Positions 28,524 to 37,804 of a stretch of 64,000 nucleotides of DNA are shown here, in pieces (the stretch's first letter is position 1; the number at the start of each line of letters is the position of its first letter). Source of the stretch: Vulcanimicrobiota bacterium (GTDB lineage: Bacteria > Vulcanimicrobiota > Vulcanimicrobiia > Vulcanimicrobiales > Vulcanimicrobiaceae); the NCBI GenBank assembly GCA_963820825.1, contig CAWGBN010000006.1:512001-576000 (forward strand). The letters are read 5' to 3'. The notes under the pieces were generated by a model. That model was not told where the DNA came from, ran no database searches, and saw only the letters and a list, made by a program, of their open reading frames with translations. Both the position numbers and the translations under genes were made by a program.

Positions 28524-29428
28524 CGCTGGTTGCCGGCATCGACGGCGGGCAGAGCTCGACGGTCGCCGTGATCGGCGACGAGTCGGGACGAATTCTCGGA
28601 CGCGGCGTCGCCGGACCGGCCGATGAAGTCGGCACCGGCAGAGACTCGACGCGCCTGCGCGATGCGTTGCAGGGGGCGCTGGCGGGCGCGTTGCGCGCCG
28701 CAAAGCTTCCCAGCGAGAGCCGGTTCGATGCAATCGTCGCCGGCATCAGCGGCTACGACGGTCGCGTCTACGGACGTCCCGCCGATCTCCCGTCGGCACA
28801 CGGCTCACTCGTGCACGATACGCTCATCGCGCATGCTGCAGCGCTCGGCGGCGCCGCGGGCGTGATCGTCATCGCGGGAACCGGCTCGGTCGTCTACGGT
28901 ACGGCCGAGAGCGGCTGGTCGTGCACGCTGGGCGGTTGGGGGTATCTCTTCGGCGACGAGGGGAGCGCCTTTGCCATCGTGCGCGATGCGCTCGCGCGAA
29001 TGATGCGCGCGCAAGACGAGGGCGATGCGTCGCTCGACGAAGAGAGTCGCGCCGTCTGCGAGTACTTCGGCCTTCCGTCTCTACGGCGCCTCGTGCACGC
29101 GCTCTATAAAGGAGAGCTCAGCCGCGACCGGGTCGCGTCCTTCGCTGCGCCGGCGATGCGCTATCCGAGTCTGCGGCCGATCGCCGATCGCGGTGCCGAC
29201 CGGCTCGCGCTGCTCGTTCGCACGGCGATCGCCATGGGAGCCGCGCCGCGCGTTGCCTTCACCGGCGGCGTCTTCGCCGACAACCGTTTTGCGCAACGGG
29301 TACGCGCCGCGATACTCGACGCGCTTCCGGCAGCAACGATCGTCGAATCGCATTACGAGCCGGCCGAAGGGGCCTTATTGCTTGCCTATCACGCGATCGG
29401 ATTGGACATCTCGGAGCTTAACGGATGA
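28520..29428 (+). CDS. BadF/BadG/BcrA/BcrD-type ATPase, GlcNAc-kinase-like
   Basis: GIDGGQSST, IAGTGS and GGWGYLFGDEGS. Confidence 0.9.
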   Translation: MTLVAGIDGGQSSTVAVIGDESGRILGRGVAGPADEVGTGRDSTRLRDALQGALAGALRAAKLPSESRFDAIVAGISGYDGRVYGRPADLPSAHGSLVHDTLIAHAAALGGAAGVIVIAGTGSVVYGTAESGWSCTLGGWGYLFGDEGSAFAIVRDALARMMRAQDEGDASLDEESRAVCEYFGLPSLRRLVHALYKGELSRDRVASFAAPAMRYPSLRPIADRGADRLALLVRTAIAMGAAPRVAFTGGVFADNRFAQRVRAAILDALPAATIVESHYEPAEGALLLAYHAIGLDISELNG

Positions 29429-30111
29429 CGCTGCTCGAGCAGATGCGCGGCGGGTTGATCGTCTCGGTTCAAGCATGGCGCGGCTCGGCGCTCGACGATC
29501 CGTACGTGATTGCCGCGATGGCGCGCGCCTGCGAAGCGAACGGTGCCGCCGGCGTCCGCGTGGCCGGCGGCGATCACCTGCGAGCGGTGCGCGCTTGCGT
29601 CGCGCTGCCGATCGTGGGCCTGATCAAACGCGAGTATCGCGGCTTCGAGCCGTACATCACGCCGACGCTCGAGGAAGTCCGCGAGGTCGTCGCCGCCGGC
29701 GCCGAGGTTGTAGCCTTCGATGCGACGCCCCGCCGCCGCCCGGGAGAGATCGTGCTCGAGGATCTGATCGCGGCGATACACGCGCAGGGGCGGCTCGCGC
29801 TCGCCGACTGCGCCACCATCGCGGACGCGCGAGCGGCGGCCGGCTTGGGCGCTGACGCGGTCGCAACCACGCTCTGCGGCTATACGGCGGAGACGGCCGG
29901 TCGACGGCTGCCCGCGCTCGACCTCGTCGCAGCGCTCGGAGAGGTGCCGGCTTTTCGCATCTGTGAAGGCGGCGTCGGGTCCCCGGCGGAGGTGCGCGCC
30001 GCACTCGATGCGGGTGCCGACGCCGTCGTCGTCGGCACCGCGATCACCAACGTCGACGCACTCGTGCGCGATTTTGCAGGGGCGACGGATAGAGTTTTTA
30101 AAGAGCAGTAA
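29425..30111 (+). CDS. nanE: N-acetylmannosamine-6-phosphate 2-epimerase
   Basis: GLIVSVQA, PIVGLIKR, YITPT, TTLCGYT and VVGTAIT. Confidence 0.92.
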   Translation: MTLLEQMRGGLIVSVQAWRGSALDDPYVIAAMARACEANGAAGVRVAGGDHLRAVRACVALPIVGLIKREYRGFEPYITPTLEEVREVVAAGAEVVAFDATPRRRPGEIVLEDLIAAIHAQGRLALADCATIADARAAAGLGADAVATTLCGYTAETAGRRLPALDLVAALGEVPAFRICEGGVGSPAEVRAALDAGADAVVVGTAITNVDALVRDFAGATDRVFKEQ

Positions 30112-30132
30112 GCGTGAGGAGCGAGTTGTATT

Positions 30133-31227
30133 TTGGTTGAGAACAGAGCGCAGCCCGCGGCGCTCGGCCGCGGATTCTGGACCGCGACGGCGATTATGGC
30201 GCTACTCTCGGTCGCCGCGATCGTTTTCTGGACGACCTTTCCGCTGGAAAAGTATCTTCCGGAGGCAATCGTCACCGCAAGACAGGTCGACATCCTCTTT
30301 CGGTTCATGGCCGCAACGGGCAGCGCCCTTTGGATTTTTGTCGCAGGCTACCTCCTCTATTTCGCCATCGCCTTCCGGGCGCGGCCGAGCGACCCGCCCG
30401 ACGCGATCGGGCTGCAGGTCCACGACAACCCTAAGCTCGAGTTCTGGTGGACGGTCATTCCCTCGCTCTTCGTCATCCTGCTCTCGGTTGTAAGCGTCCG
30501 AATTTGGTACGAGGTGATGCTCGAGCCGCAGAACGGGCTCGTCGTCGAAGCGATCGGCCATCAATTCTATTTCTCGTTCCGCTACCCGCAGATCAACGGC
30601 GAGGTCACCGACGAGATGCACCTTCCGGTCAACGTGCCGGTGACGATGAACCTCACCTCGGCCGACGTGATCCACGGTTTCTGGGTTCCGGCGATGCGCC
30701 TCAAGAACGATACCGTTCCCGGTCTCGTCACGACGATCAAGTTCACACCGAAACTCCCCGGCCGCTATCACATCATCTGCACGCAGTTCTGCGGCGTGCT
30801 GCATAGCGAGATGGACAAGCAGTACCTCGTCATCGAGGATAAGCCGGCATTCGACAAGTGGTACAAGTATTGGCAGCAGAAGAACGCGCACGTCAGCAAC
30901 GCGCTGCCAGCGGTCGGCGGCGGCGCGATTTCGCTCCAAGGCGGCAACGCACCGGCCGGTAAGACGCTCTTCGCCCAAAAGTGCATCGCCTGCCACAAGC
31001 TGGCGCCGTTCAGCCAAACCCTCGTCGGCCCCGGACTCCAGGGCGTGCTGCACGATCCCGCGCATCCGAATCTGGTCAACGGGCAGCCCGCGACGCCGCC
31101 CAACGTAGCCGCGATCCTTCAGAACGGCTACACCGGGAGCATGGGTACGATGCCGAACGCGACGGCAAACGGGCTTTCGGCGCAGGATATTGCGAACTTG
31201 GTAGCATTTCTGGACTCGCTGAAGTGA
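30133..31227 (+). CDS. coxB: Cytochrome c oxidase subunit II fused to cytochrome c
   Basis: DVIHGFW; CuA motif CTQFCGVLHSEM; C-terminal CIACH haem-c motif. Confidence 0.93.
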   Translation: MVENRAQPAALGRGFWTATAIMALLSVAAIVFWTTFPLEKYLPEAIVTARQVDILFRFMAATGSALWIFVAGYLLYFAIAFRARPSDPPDAIGLQVHDNPKLEFWWTVIPSLFVILLSVVSVRIWYEVMLEPQNGLVVEAIGHQFYFSFRYPQINGEVTDEMHLPVNVPVTMNLTSADVIHGFWVPAMRLKNDTVPGLVTTIKFTPKLPGRYHIICTQFCGVLHSEMDKQYLVIEDKPAFDKWYKYWQQKNAHVSNALPAVGGGAISLQGGNAPAGKTLFAQKCIACHKLAPFSQTLVGPGLQGVLHDPAHPNLVNGQPATPPNVAAILQNGYTGSMGTMPNATANGLSAQDIANLVAFLDSLK

Positions 31228-31243
31228 GAGAATCAAGAGAAGT

Positions 31244-32918
31244 ATGGCAGTAGCAGCGGTACCTTCCGGCGGGATCGCCGACCACATCCACCCCGAACCT
31301 CAGGGGTTCGTCCGGCGATACGTCTTTTCGCTCGACCATAAGATCATCGGCATCCAGTACATCATCACCGCCTTCGTCTTCTTCATGCTCTCGGGCTTGC
31401 TGGCGGAGGCGATCCGAACGCAGCTCTACAACGCCAACGGCGGCTTCATCGCCGCCGATACCTACAACGAAGTCTATAGCGTCCACGGCAGCGCGATGGT
31501 CTGGCTGGTGATCATCCCGTTGCTGACCGGAGGATTCGGCAATCTCGTCTTCCCGATTCAGATCGGCGCGCGCGACGTCGCCTTCCCCTGGCTCAACATG
31601 CTGAGCTTCTGGATCTTCCCGGTCTCGGGCCTCATGCTCTTCTCGTCGTTCCTGATGGGGGCGCCGACCGCCGGCTGGATGGAGTATCCGCCCGTTTCGC
31701 TACAGGGAGCGGCCGGTACGTCGATGTGGGCCGCGGCGATCTTCTTAGTCGGCGTCGAGCTCGACCATGACGGGTATCAACTTCGTGGTGACGATCTTGA
31801 AGATGCGCGCGCCTGGGATGACCTTTACGCGCATGCCGCTCTTCGTCTGGGGTCAGTTTGCGACCGCGCCGCTCTTGATGATTGCGACGACGGCGCTCGC
31901 CGCCGCGCTCGCCGCGCTCTTTATCGAGCGCCAGTTCGGCGTGCCATTCTACGATCCGACCAAAGGCGGCAGCCCGGTGATGTGGCAGCACATGTTCTGG
32001 TTCTACTCGCACCCCGCCGTCTACATCATGATTCTGCCGGCCTTCGGCATCATCTCCGAAGTGCTCCCGACCTTCGCTCGCAAGCCGGTCTTCGGCTACA
32101 AGCTCATCGCCTTCTCCTCGATGGCGATCGCGCTTGCCGGGTTCATGGTCTCGGCCCATCACATGTTCACCTCGGGCCTCGCGCCGTTCTTGCAGCTGCC
32201 GTTCATGATCATCACCTTCGTCATCGGCGTGCCGACCGGCATCAAGATCTTCTCGTGGACGGCGACGCTCTTCGGCGGAAAGATCCACTACTCGACGGCG
32301 ATGCTCTTCGCGATCGGTTTCGTCGCGCTGTTTACGCTCGGCGGCATCACCGGCATCTTCCTTGCCGCGATCCCGTTCGATCTGCACGTGCACGGGACGT
32401 ACTTCATCGTCGCGCACCTCCACTACGTACTCGTCGGAGGAAGCCTTATGGGAATCTTCGCGGGCATGTACTACTGGTTCCCGAAGATGTCGGGGCGCCT
32501 GATGAACGAGAGGCTCGGTAAGTGGCATTTCTGGCTCTTTTTCATCGGGTTCAACGGGACGTTCATCCCGATGCACTGGCTCGGCATTCTCGGAATGCCG
32601 CGCGAAGTCGCGACCTACGACCCGCAGTTCCAGTTCTGGAATCGGTTCGAGACCGTCGCTTCCTATCTCATGGCGATCTCGATCCTGATCTTCTTCGTCA
32701 ACGCGATCTGGAGCATCCGCAACGGAAAGCGCTCGGGACCGAACCCATGGGGAGCGCGCACGCTCGAGTGGCAGGTTCCTTCGCCGCCGCACTACTACAA
32801 CTTCAAACACGTCCCGACCGTCTACGGACTACCGTACGACTTCTCGCAGCCGTTACCGTATAAGGGACTCGAGGACGAGCTTTCCGATACTCCGCCCGTC
32901 ACCGCAGGAGCGCACTGA
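31244..32918 (+). CDS. coxA: Cytochrome c oxidase subunit I, A2-type; split by a +1 frameshift near 31757
   Basis: DHKIIG and HGSAM in the first frame; YSHPAVY, HHMF and AHLHY in the second. Removing one G restores GVSSTMTGINF. Confidence 0.9.
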
Positions 32919-33532
32919 TGTCGGTCGCCACGCTCGCGCACGACGCGCGCGGAGAGGTCGATCAGCTCTATATCGAGACGCGCGAGCTGCGCCTGCAGGG
33001 CTTTCTGCTCTTCCTGATCAGCGACTGCGTCCTCTTCTCGTCGTTCATCTTCGCCTATCTCTACATGCGCAACAGCGGTCAGGGATGGCCGCCGCCGGGC
33101 ATTCAGCGGCTCGACGTTCCCTTCGCCGCCTGGAACTCGGTCGTGCTCTTCGGCTCGGGCGCGACGATGCATTACGCGCTCGAGAACTTCAAGCACGGGC
33201 ACTGGATGCGCTACATCTGGTTCCTGCTCGCGACGATCGTGCTCGGCGCGGGCTTTCTCGGCGGTCAGGCCTACGAGTACACGCACCTGATCTTCAGCGA
33301 GCACGTCACCTGGGCGGGGAGCGGGATCTTCGGCGCGTCCTTCTTTACGCTTACCGGCATGCACGGCTTCCACGTCTTCGTCGGCGTCTGCTATCTCGTC
33401 ACGCTCTTGCTGCAGTCGGCGGCCGGCGTCTACACGCGCGGGAAGTTCTTCGGGATCACGGCCGGTACGCTCTACTGGCACTTCGTCGACGTGATCTGGG
33501 TTGTTCTCTTTTCGATCTTCTACCTGATCTGA
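32918..33532 (+). CDS. coxC: Cytochrome c oxidase subunit III
   Basis: FFTLTGMHGFHV and YWHFVDVIW. Confidence 0.93.
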   Translation: MSVATLAHDARGEVDQLYIETRELRLQGFLLFLISDCVLFSSFIFAYLYMRNSGQGWPPPGIQRLDVPFAAWNSVVLFGSGATMHYALENFKHGHWMRYIWFLLATIVLGAGFLGGQAYEYTHLIFSEHVTWAGSGIFGASFFTLTGMHGFHVFVGVCYLVTLLLQSAAGVYTRGKFFGITAGTLYWHFVDVIWVVLFSIFYLI

Positions 33533-33543
33533 GGAGCTAACGA

Positions 33544-33759
33544 ATGAATCCGGCCATCATCGAGCGGCTCGGGGCGGTTACCGCCGGCATCGTCGTAGCG
33601 GTCGTTTCGTTCTACTCGCTCTACAAGGATTGGAAGGCGACCGGCGTCGAGAACAACGTCTTCAAGATCATGCTCTTTCTGCTCGGGCTCGGCGCGATTC
33701 TCGCAATACTGGCGGGCCTCAACGTGCTTGGATTCACGGCCCCGGCGAAGGGAGCGTAG
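33544..33759 (+). CDS. Small two-TM protein in the cox operon
   Basis: GAGGAG SD; two hydrophobic helices. Confidence 0.7.
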   Translation: MNPAIIERLGAVTAGIVVAVVSFYSLYKDWKATGVENNVFKIMLFLLGLGAILAILAGLNVLGFTAPAKGA

Positions 33760-33761
33760 CG

Positions 33762-33968
33762 ATGATCGTTCGAGACGACGAGTACCTCGATTTTAGCAAG
33801 GTTCCCGAGAGCCGCGGCATTCCGGAGGCGCTCTACCGCGTCGTCGTCGTCGGGCTTTTGATCATCTTCGCGATCGGTGCCTCCGTCTGCCTCATGTCGG
33901 GCTACGGCCACCACTGGCCCTCCGACAAGACGCTGCGCGTCCCACTCGTCAACTCCTCGCAACCGTAA
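33762..33968 (+). CDS. Small single-TM protein in the cox operon
   Basis: GGAG SD; MIVRDDEYLDF...VVVVGLLIIFAIGASVCLM. Confidence 0.65.
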   Translation: MIVRDDEYLDFSKVPESRGIPEALYRVVVVGLLIIFAIGASVCLMSGYGHHWPSDKTLRVPLVNSSQP

Positions 33969-33978
33969 GCGCAGCCTC

Positions 33979-34422
33979 TTACGGGCCGTTCGCTCCGAGA
34001 TGGACGTGATCGGGCCCGGAGTCTTGGAACGCGGTCTTGCCCGCCGCCGCCATGTTGGTTGACGTATCCGCGGTTCCGGCGAGTCCGATCTGATACGTCC
34101 AGGACGATGCGGCGGCATCGCGTAGGAACTTCTGAAAGCGAGGGTCTCCCGCGTCCAAGTAATCTTGCGGTGTCGCCGATTTCAACGGCCAGCAGTCGGC
34201 CGCATAGCCGTTGGCGTGGCAGTGCAATCCCAGGCCCGAGTCGTCGTGATGATCGCTGCGGACCGCGGTTATTTCGATGTGCCAGCCGTGTGTCTTCGCG
34301 AGATCCAACAGCAGTGCGATGAGTTGCGTTTGGGTGCGATTGGGATCGAGCAGGTCGCCTCGTTCGGTGCCGCGTTGAAAGACTAAGAGATTGACGAGCT
34401 CGTGACGAGCCTCTTGACTCAT
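33979..34422 (-). CDS. Peptidase M15-like (LAS-type Zn) cell-wall peptidase
   Basis: HCHANGYAAD (HxxGxAxD) and DHVH; AAGGAGG SD; no signal peptide. Confidence 0.7.
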   Translation of the reverse strand: MSQEARHELVNLLVFQRGTERGDLLDPNRTQTQLIALLLDLAKTHGWHIEITAVRSDHHDDSGLGLHCHANGYAADCWPLKSATPQDYLDAGDPRFQKFLRDAAASSWTYQIGLAGTADTSTNMAAAGKTAFQDSGPDHVHLGANGP

Positions 34423-34460
34423 AGTGGGCCTCCTTCAGCCGAGGTTGGATCCGGTAAGTT

Positions 34461-35153
34461 CTAAGCGAGAGCAGTCTTATAGGCGTGGACTCGCTGCCGC
34501 AACGCATCGCCACACTGCGAAACCATCTCGCGCGTCAAGGAGACGCCGTCGGGGAGTGCGACCAACGAGCCAAGATCCCATCGGCAATCGGGGTCGTTCG
34601 TGAAGCCGCACAGGTACCCGTCGGCGTTCGCGCACTCGGCGTGGGTGAGAATCGTGTGTTCGCCGAGGGTGTTTACCGTGCCGTTATCGCCCTGGTGCGT
34701 AGCACCGGCGGTAACCGTACCGAGCGCGTCGATTCCGTAGCGCGTCGCAAAAGCCGCCGCGCACGCGCAGAGGTGCTCGAGTCCGGTGAGCGTGACGGCG
34801 TCGGGTCCAAAATCGTGCTGGCTGGCACCGCTCATACCCGCGATTGAGACGCCGACCGCTCCGGTATTGCGATGCCACGTGTGCGATGCGGGTTCGTTGT
34901 TGTTGACCCCGACGGCGTTATCGCGCGGATCGTGCGTGACGATCATCTTCCAATTACCGCTTTCGTAATCGGCCTCGCCGTTATAATCGCCGAACGTGCA
35001 GCCGAACGGTGCGACCGTCCAGTGCAGATAGAGGCGCGAGATCGCCCCGCCGGGTACGGCGGGCAACGCTCCCAAGAGTGCCCGAGCCTTCTGCAAAACG
35101 TCTCGATTGACCGGTGCCGACGAATTGAAGTTTCCCAATGGATTGAAAGGCAT
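34461..35153 (-). CDS. N-acetylmuramoyl-L-alanine amidase-like protein (Amidase_2/endolysin-like)
   Basis: YLHWT, SHTWHRNTGAVGV, LTHAE and RWDL; GAGGT SD. Confidence 0.75.
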   Translation of the reverse strand: MPFNPLGNFNSSAPVNRDVLQKARALLGALPAVPGGAISRLYLHWTVAPFGCTFGDYNGEADYESGNWKMIVTHDPRDNAVGVNNNEPASHTWHRNTGAVGVSIAGMSGASQHDFGPDAVTLTGLEHLCACAAAFATRYGIDALGTVTAGATHQGDNGTVNTLGEHTILTHAECANADGYLCGFTNDPDCRWDLGSLVALPDGVSLTREMVSQCGDALRQRVHAYKTALA

Positions 35154-35172
35154 GTCGATTACCTCAAATACG

Positions 35173-36153
35173 CTACGAGTACAGAAAGCCCGATACCATG
35201 TTGTAGATCGCGGGGAAGAATATGTCGCTGTGCTGACCCGAGAGACCGCCGCCCGTCCATGCTCCCGAAGCGGCGCGCGCCGCGTGAACGGCGGTTAGGT
35301 CGACTACGACCAGCCGCTTCTTCAATGCGAACATCTCCGACGGTTTCGATGCCTCGGCTAGACTAAACGAGTCGGCTCCTTCGAACAGATCGATCGTCGC
35401 TTGAGAAGGTCCGGCGAGTCCGAGAGCCTGGCGCGGATTGAAAAGATTGGCGAGCCGGCCGGCGTCCGCGTACCAGACTTTCAGCGCGAGATCTTGCTGG
35501 GACTTGGTAACGAGCATGCGCAGATTCGGGACCCGATGGACCGACCCGTAAATATCCTTCGACTCGAGGTTGTCTTCATCCGTGGCGGGCTCGATCAGCA
35601 CGATGCGAAACTCCGTGTTCGGCGGAATTGCGATCGCCGAACCGTCGACATCGGTCTGCATATCCTGCAGCGCGGCGCAGACGACTTTGCATCCAAAGCT
35701 GTGGCCGAGCATGAAGACCCGGAGCGGAGTTCCGGCGTTCGGGCGGGCGCGAAACAACAGGCGAAGCATCGCATAGACGGCGTTCCTGCCGACGACGTCG
35801 GCTCGATGTTCCATCGTATAGAAAGTTAGGAGCTGGAGCGCCGTGAGCGGGCTCTTCGGATCTTCGGTGATCTCCGATGGCCAATGGATGCCGATTCCCA
35901 AGTTCTGACGCGGCGCGCGCGGAAAGCCGGGCGCGGCGCCTTGAAACGTTAGGATGGCCGACGCCAGCTCTACCGAGAACTGGTTATAGGTGTCCATCAT
36001 GCCGACGGCCGTAGTCGACCACCCGTGCGAGTAGATGAAGACGTCGTCGAAGCCGAACGGCGTGACCGCCATGGCTTCGTTTATGACGTCGCTCATTCGC
36101 GGATCGAAGAGAATGCCGTTTTCGTTAACCGGGACGTTGATATAGTGAGACAT
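35173..36153 (-). CDS. Alpha/beta hydrolase (lipase/esterase-like)
   Basis: YSHGW oxyanion motif; GHSFG nucleophile elbow; C-terminal QHSDI. Confidence 0.85.
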   Translation of the reverse strand: MSHYINVPVNENGILFDPRMSDVINEAMAVTPFGFDDVFIYSHGWSTTAVGMMDTYNQFSVELASAILTFQGAAPGFPRAPRQNLGIGIHWPSEITEDPKSPLTALQLLTFYTMEHRADVVGRNAVYAMLRLLFRARPNAGTPLRVFMLGHSFGCKVVCAALQDMQTDVDGSAIAIPPNTEFRIVLIEPATDEDNLESKDIYGSVHRVPNLRMLVTKSQQDLALKVWYADAGRLANLFNPRQALGLAGPSQATIDLFEGADSFSLAEASKPSEMFALKKRLVVVDLTAVHAARAASGAWTGGGLSGQHSDIFFPAIYNMVSGFLYS

Positions 36154-36162
36154 CGCCCTTCC

Positions 36163-37062
36163 CTAGCTGTCGGATTTTTGGGGAACCGTTCCTGCGCTGC
36201 GAACGTTCACGAACCGTTTCAAGGTATCGAACCAAAAGGGCGCGCCGAGCAAGATTGCGATCGCCGATATGAGCAGGCCTGCGACCTTGAAGAAGAGGTA
36301 GTGCGACCAATCGCCGCTCGTTTTTAGCGTGACGCACGGAACGGGGGGCGTGGCGGACGGCGGCGCCGCGCTCGCCGGACAGAGCGTTCCGTCGGGCCAC
36401 CCGAGGCGAATGCTCTGGAGGACGAGCGTCGTTACGTAGAGTTCCTGATTCTGCGGCGTGAGCTGGCTGGAATCTAGGACGATCGGCTTCGTCTGGAGTT
36501 GCGAGAAGAGCGCGACGGAGTCGATGTTGAAGATCGTCACGAGCGCAAGACCGATGATGGCGAGGATCACTTGCACTCGCTTGCGATACCATCCACCGAT
36601 CCGGTCCATCTCGTCGTCGTACCATTTTTCGACGCCGGCGATGAAGGCTTTATAGTCGCCGGCAGCTTGATTGGCGATGCGGCTCAGTGCGTCTTTTAGC
36701 CGACTGTCGTCGAGCGCGCCGATTCCGTTGACGGCTTGGCCGAATGCCTGGTCCAGCGACGCCGTAATTGCCGGACCGGTACTGAGCATCCCGGTTATCG
36801 CTAGACTAAACTGTTTGCTGCTCAGATATGAGGGCAGCCGATCGCCGTTAAAGGTCGCGGCGATCGAAGGTTGGGCGAAGAGTTTGTTCTTTAACTCGCC
36901 GGCGAGCGCGGCGTTTTTAGGATCGGCGACCATCGCTTTGATGCCGTCGACCAGGTTGGCGGCCCGTAGCTGCAGAGCGCCCGCGACCGTCTCCTGAACC
37001 CACGATGCAACGACGCTAAAGGTGGCGTAGACCGCGGCGAAGCCAATAATCAGCGCAATCAC
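36163..37062 (-). CDS. Uncharacterised membrane protein, about three TM helices
   Basis: GGAGG SD; LPSYL, WYDDEMDRIGGWYRK and LGAPFWFDTL. Confidence 0.85.
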   Translation of the reverse strand: MIALIIGFAAVYATFSVVASWVQETVAGALQLRAANLVDGIKAMVADPKNAALAGELKNKLFAQPSIAATFNGDRLPSYLSSKQFSLAITGMLSTGPAITASLDQAFGQAVNGIGALDDSRLKDALSRIANQAAGDYKAFIAGVEKWYDDEMDRIGGWYRKRVQVILAIIGLALVTIFNIDSVALFSQLQTKPIVLDSSQLTPQNQELYVTTLVLQSIRLGWPDGTLCPASAAPPSATPPVPCVTLKTSGDWSHYLFFKVAGLLISAIAILLGAPFWFDTLKRFVNVRSAGTVPQKSDS

Positions 37063-37207
37063 GGAGACCTCCGAAGGCGACGGCAGTAGCCCGGTGATCG
37101 TCGGGTCAGACTAGCTTACCAGGGAGGCCCTCGCCGGAGCAAGGTAAGTCTGCGCAGCTCGGCAGTACGCTCGCCTAGCCTGCTGCCGAGCGCGGAGAAC
37201 GGAGAAT

Positions 37208-37804
37208 CTATAGATCGGCGCGCCGTCCGTGGCGCGTCGCAATGCCGATCGCAAGCAGCGGCAGCTCGCCTTCGGGCAACAATCCCGTCGACTTGCCGTC
37301 GATCTTGTGGATGCCGGCGTAGAGCGAGAACTCGACGAGCGCGGGCAGGGTCGCGTTCGGTAACGGCTTCTTGCCGAGCCATTCCCATTCGTACGCGACG
37401 CTTCGATCGTCGAAGAGGGCGGCTGCGTAGCCGCAGCCGTCGACGCGCGAGCGGTCGTCGGGACCGCGGTAGCGCACGTAGCCGTCGAGAATGTAGATTG
37501 GCTTGAACGTCTGCACGTACGCGGCGAACGGCGCGACGAGCACCGCAACGAAGTAACCGCCGAAGGCCACCGCGCCCACGGCGAAGATCCACGCGATCTT
37601 GACGAGCGTCGCATCGGCGGCAACGTGTTGAGACCGCCAAACGATGCCCCACGTGAGCAGACTCATGAAGACCACGCCGAGCAGCGGCTCGATGGCGAGC
37701 GCGAATCGCCCGGTGAGTCCTCGCCAGACAATCTTCCGTTCGGCGCGCGTCCAGCGGCGGCGCACGGCCGTCTGCCAATGCGGATCCCTGCGATCGACCT
37801 TCAC
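37208..37804 (-). CDS. Hypothetical two-TM membrane protein
   Basis: GTG 37804 overlaps the acyl-CoA dehydrogenase TGA; two hydrophobic helices. Confidence 0.75.
   Translation of the reverse strand: MKVDRRDPHWQTAVRRRWTRAERKIVWRGLTGRFALAIEPLLGVVFMSLLTWGIVWRSQHVAADATLVKIAWIFAVGAVAFGGYFVAVLVAPFAAYVQTFKPIYILDGYVRYRGPDDRSRVDGCGYAAALFDDRSVAYEWEWLGKKPLPNATLPALVEFSLYAGIHKIDGKSTGLLPEGELPLLAIGIATRHGRRADL

Noticed and set aside
31740..31770. Programmed frameshift in coxA
   Set aside because: No slippery sequence or stimulatory structure seen; it fits the window-wide +1 error pattern.
33979..37062. Prophage
   Set aside because: No structural, replication or integrase genes and no att-like repeats seen; a remote phage origin of the hydrolases is not excluded.
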